Positions 17,211 to 17,908 of a DNA stretch of 17,908 nucleotides are shown here, piece after piece. How positions within the stretch are numbered: the stretch's first letter is position 1; every line of letters begins with the position of its first letter. Made by a program: the position numbers and the translations under genes. Source of the DNA: Candidatus Krumholzibacteriia bacterium. GTDB lineage: Bacteria; Krumholzibacteriota; Krumholzibacteriia; WVZY01. The notes below the pieces were generated by a model that worked only from the letters and a program-made list of their open reading frames with translations, was not told the origin of the DNA and searched no databases. The stretch covers positions 1-17,908 of the forward strand of contig JBHHVD010000067.1 in the NCBI GenBank assembly GCA_046754105.1. The letters are read 5' to 3'.

Positions 17211-17908
17211 ATTCAAAAAAGACTTAGAACGCGAGTCAACTTTCAGATTCGGGTTCCCGAAGTGCGAGTGATCGACGCGGACGGCGAGCAGCTCGGCGTC
17301 CTCGAGACGGACAAAGCGCTGGCGTTGGCGGAGGAAAAAGGGCTGGATTTGGTGGAGGTCTCGCCGACGGCGCGACCGCCGGTCTGCCGGATCGTCGATT
17401 ACGGCAAGTTCAAGTACGAAAAAAACAAGCGGCAAAAGGAATCGAAGAAGAAGCAGCATACGATACAGGTCAAGGAAATCAAGCTCCGGCCGAAGATCGA
17501 AGAGCACGATTACCAGTTCAAGAGGCGGCACGCCGAGGAGTTCCTGGGCAAACACCACAAGGTCAAGTTCACCGTTATATTCCGGGGCAGGGAACTCGAC
17601 CACAGGGAGCTGGGCTCGCGCATCATGGAGCGCGTGCAGAAAGACCTGGCCCACATCGGCGTCGTGGAAAGGGCGGCCCAATTCGAAGGCCGGCTGATGA
17701 CGATGTTCATGGGGCCGCTTGCCACCAAGCCGGTCAATCCCAAGTCGGCGGCGAAAGACAAGCCGAAGGCCGCAAAGACCAAAGAGGGTGCAAAGACCGA
17801 AGGGGCCACAAAGACCAAAGAGGCCACAAAGACCAAAGAGGCCACAAAGACCAAAGAGGCCGCAAAGACCGAAGAGGCCGCAAAGACCGAAGAGGCCGCA
17901 AAGACCGA
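17211..17908 (+). CDS. infC: Translation initiation factor IF-3, ATT start, with low-complexity C-terminal extension; 3' end outside the window
   Basis: Manual translation: (I/M)QKRLRTRVNFQIRVPEVRVIDADGEQLGV...GLDLVEVSPTARPPVCRIVDYGKFKYE...VKEIKLRPKIEEHDY...FRGRE. SD AGGAGG at 17195-17200. Confidence 0.97.
   Translation, partial: MQKRLRTRVNFQIRVPEVRVIDADGEQLGVLETDKALALAEEKGLDLVEVSPTARPPVCRIVDYGKFKYEKNKRQKESKKKQHTIQVKEIKLRPKIEEHDYQFKRRHAEEFLGKHHKVKFTVIFRGRELDHRELGSRIMERVQKDLAHIGVVERAAQFEGRLMTMFMGPLATKPVNPKSAAKDKPKAAKTKEGAKTEGATKTKEATKTKEATKTKEAAKTEEAAKTEEAAKT
17769..17908 (+). repeat. In-frame 18-bp tandem repeat, at least 7.8 copies, consensus GCCRCAAAGACCRAAGAG (A[AT]KT[KE]E)
   Basis: Units start at 17769, 17787, 17805, 17823, 17841, 17859, 17877 and 17895, running to the window end. 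Confidence 0.95.

Noticed and set aside
17769..17908. Repeat array as a possible CRISPR
   Set aside because: Contiguous 18-bp units with no spacers, in frame within infC, and no cas genes.

Overview
High-GC bacterial chromosomal window, probably from a diderm lineage (DnaK carries the Gram-negative-type N-terminal insert). Left (1-4135, minus strand): a sulfate-activation operon with a near-consensus sigma70 promoter, a small ribbon-helix-helix (RHH) protein, sat, an alkaline-phosphatase-superfamily (NPP-like) enzyme, cysC and a second NPP-like paralog running off the window edge. No reductase or canonical sulfotransferase is visible. The most striking signal is a 20-residue C-terminal 'E[YF]SxxExxx[IL]Kx[RK]L[KR][DN]LGY[IL]' tail shared by two unrelated proteins (CysC and the RHH protein) and absent from the complete NPP-like enzyme, which suggests a docking or carrier tag organising a PAPS-dependent pathway. 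Middle: a gene remnant, a secreted IPTL-CTERM protein, a Ser/Thr kinase-TolB-like-TPR protein, a SAM methyltransferase, a GT2 + DUF2304 + flippase-like glycosylation trio, a CCA-adding/HD enzyme with ExD in place of DxD, and an orphan ORF. Right: stand-alone dnaK with a sigma54-like promoter and upstream palindromes, tRNA-Val(GAC) with C33, thrS, an L20-leader-like attenuator, and infC (ATT start, missed by the ORF track) with an 18-bp tandem-repeat tail. No CRISPR array or mobile element was seen. All calls come from reading the sequence; no searches were run.
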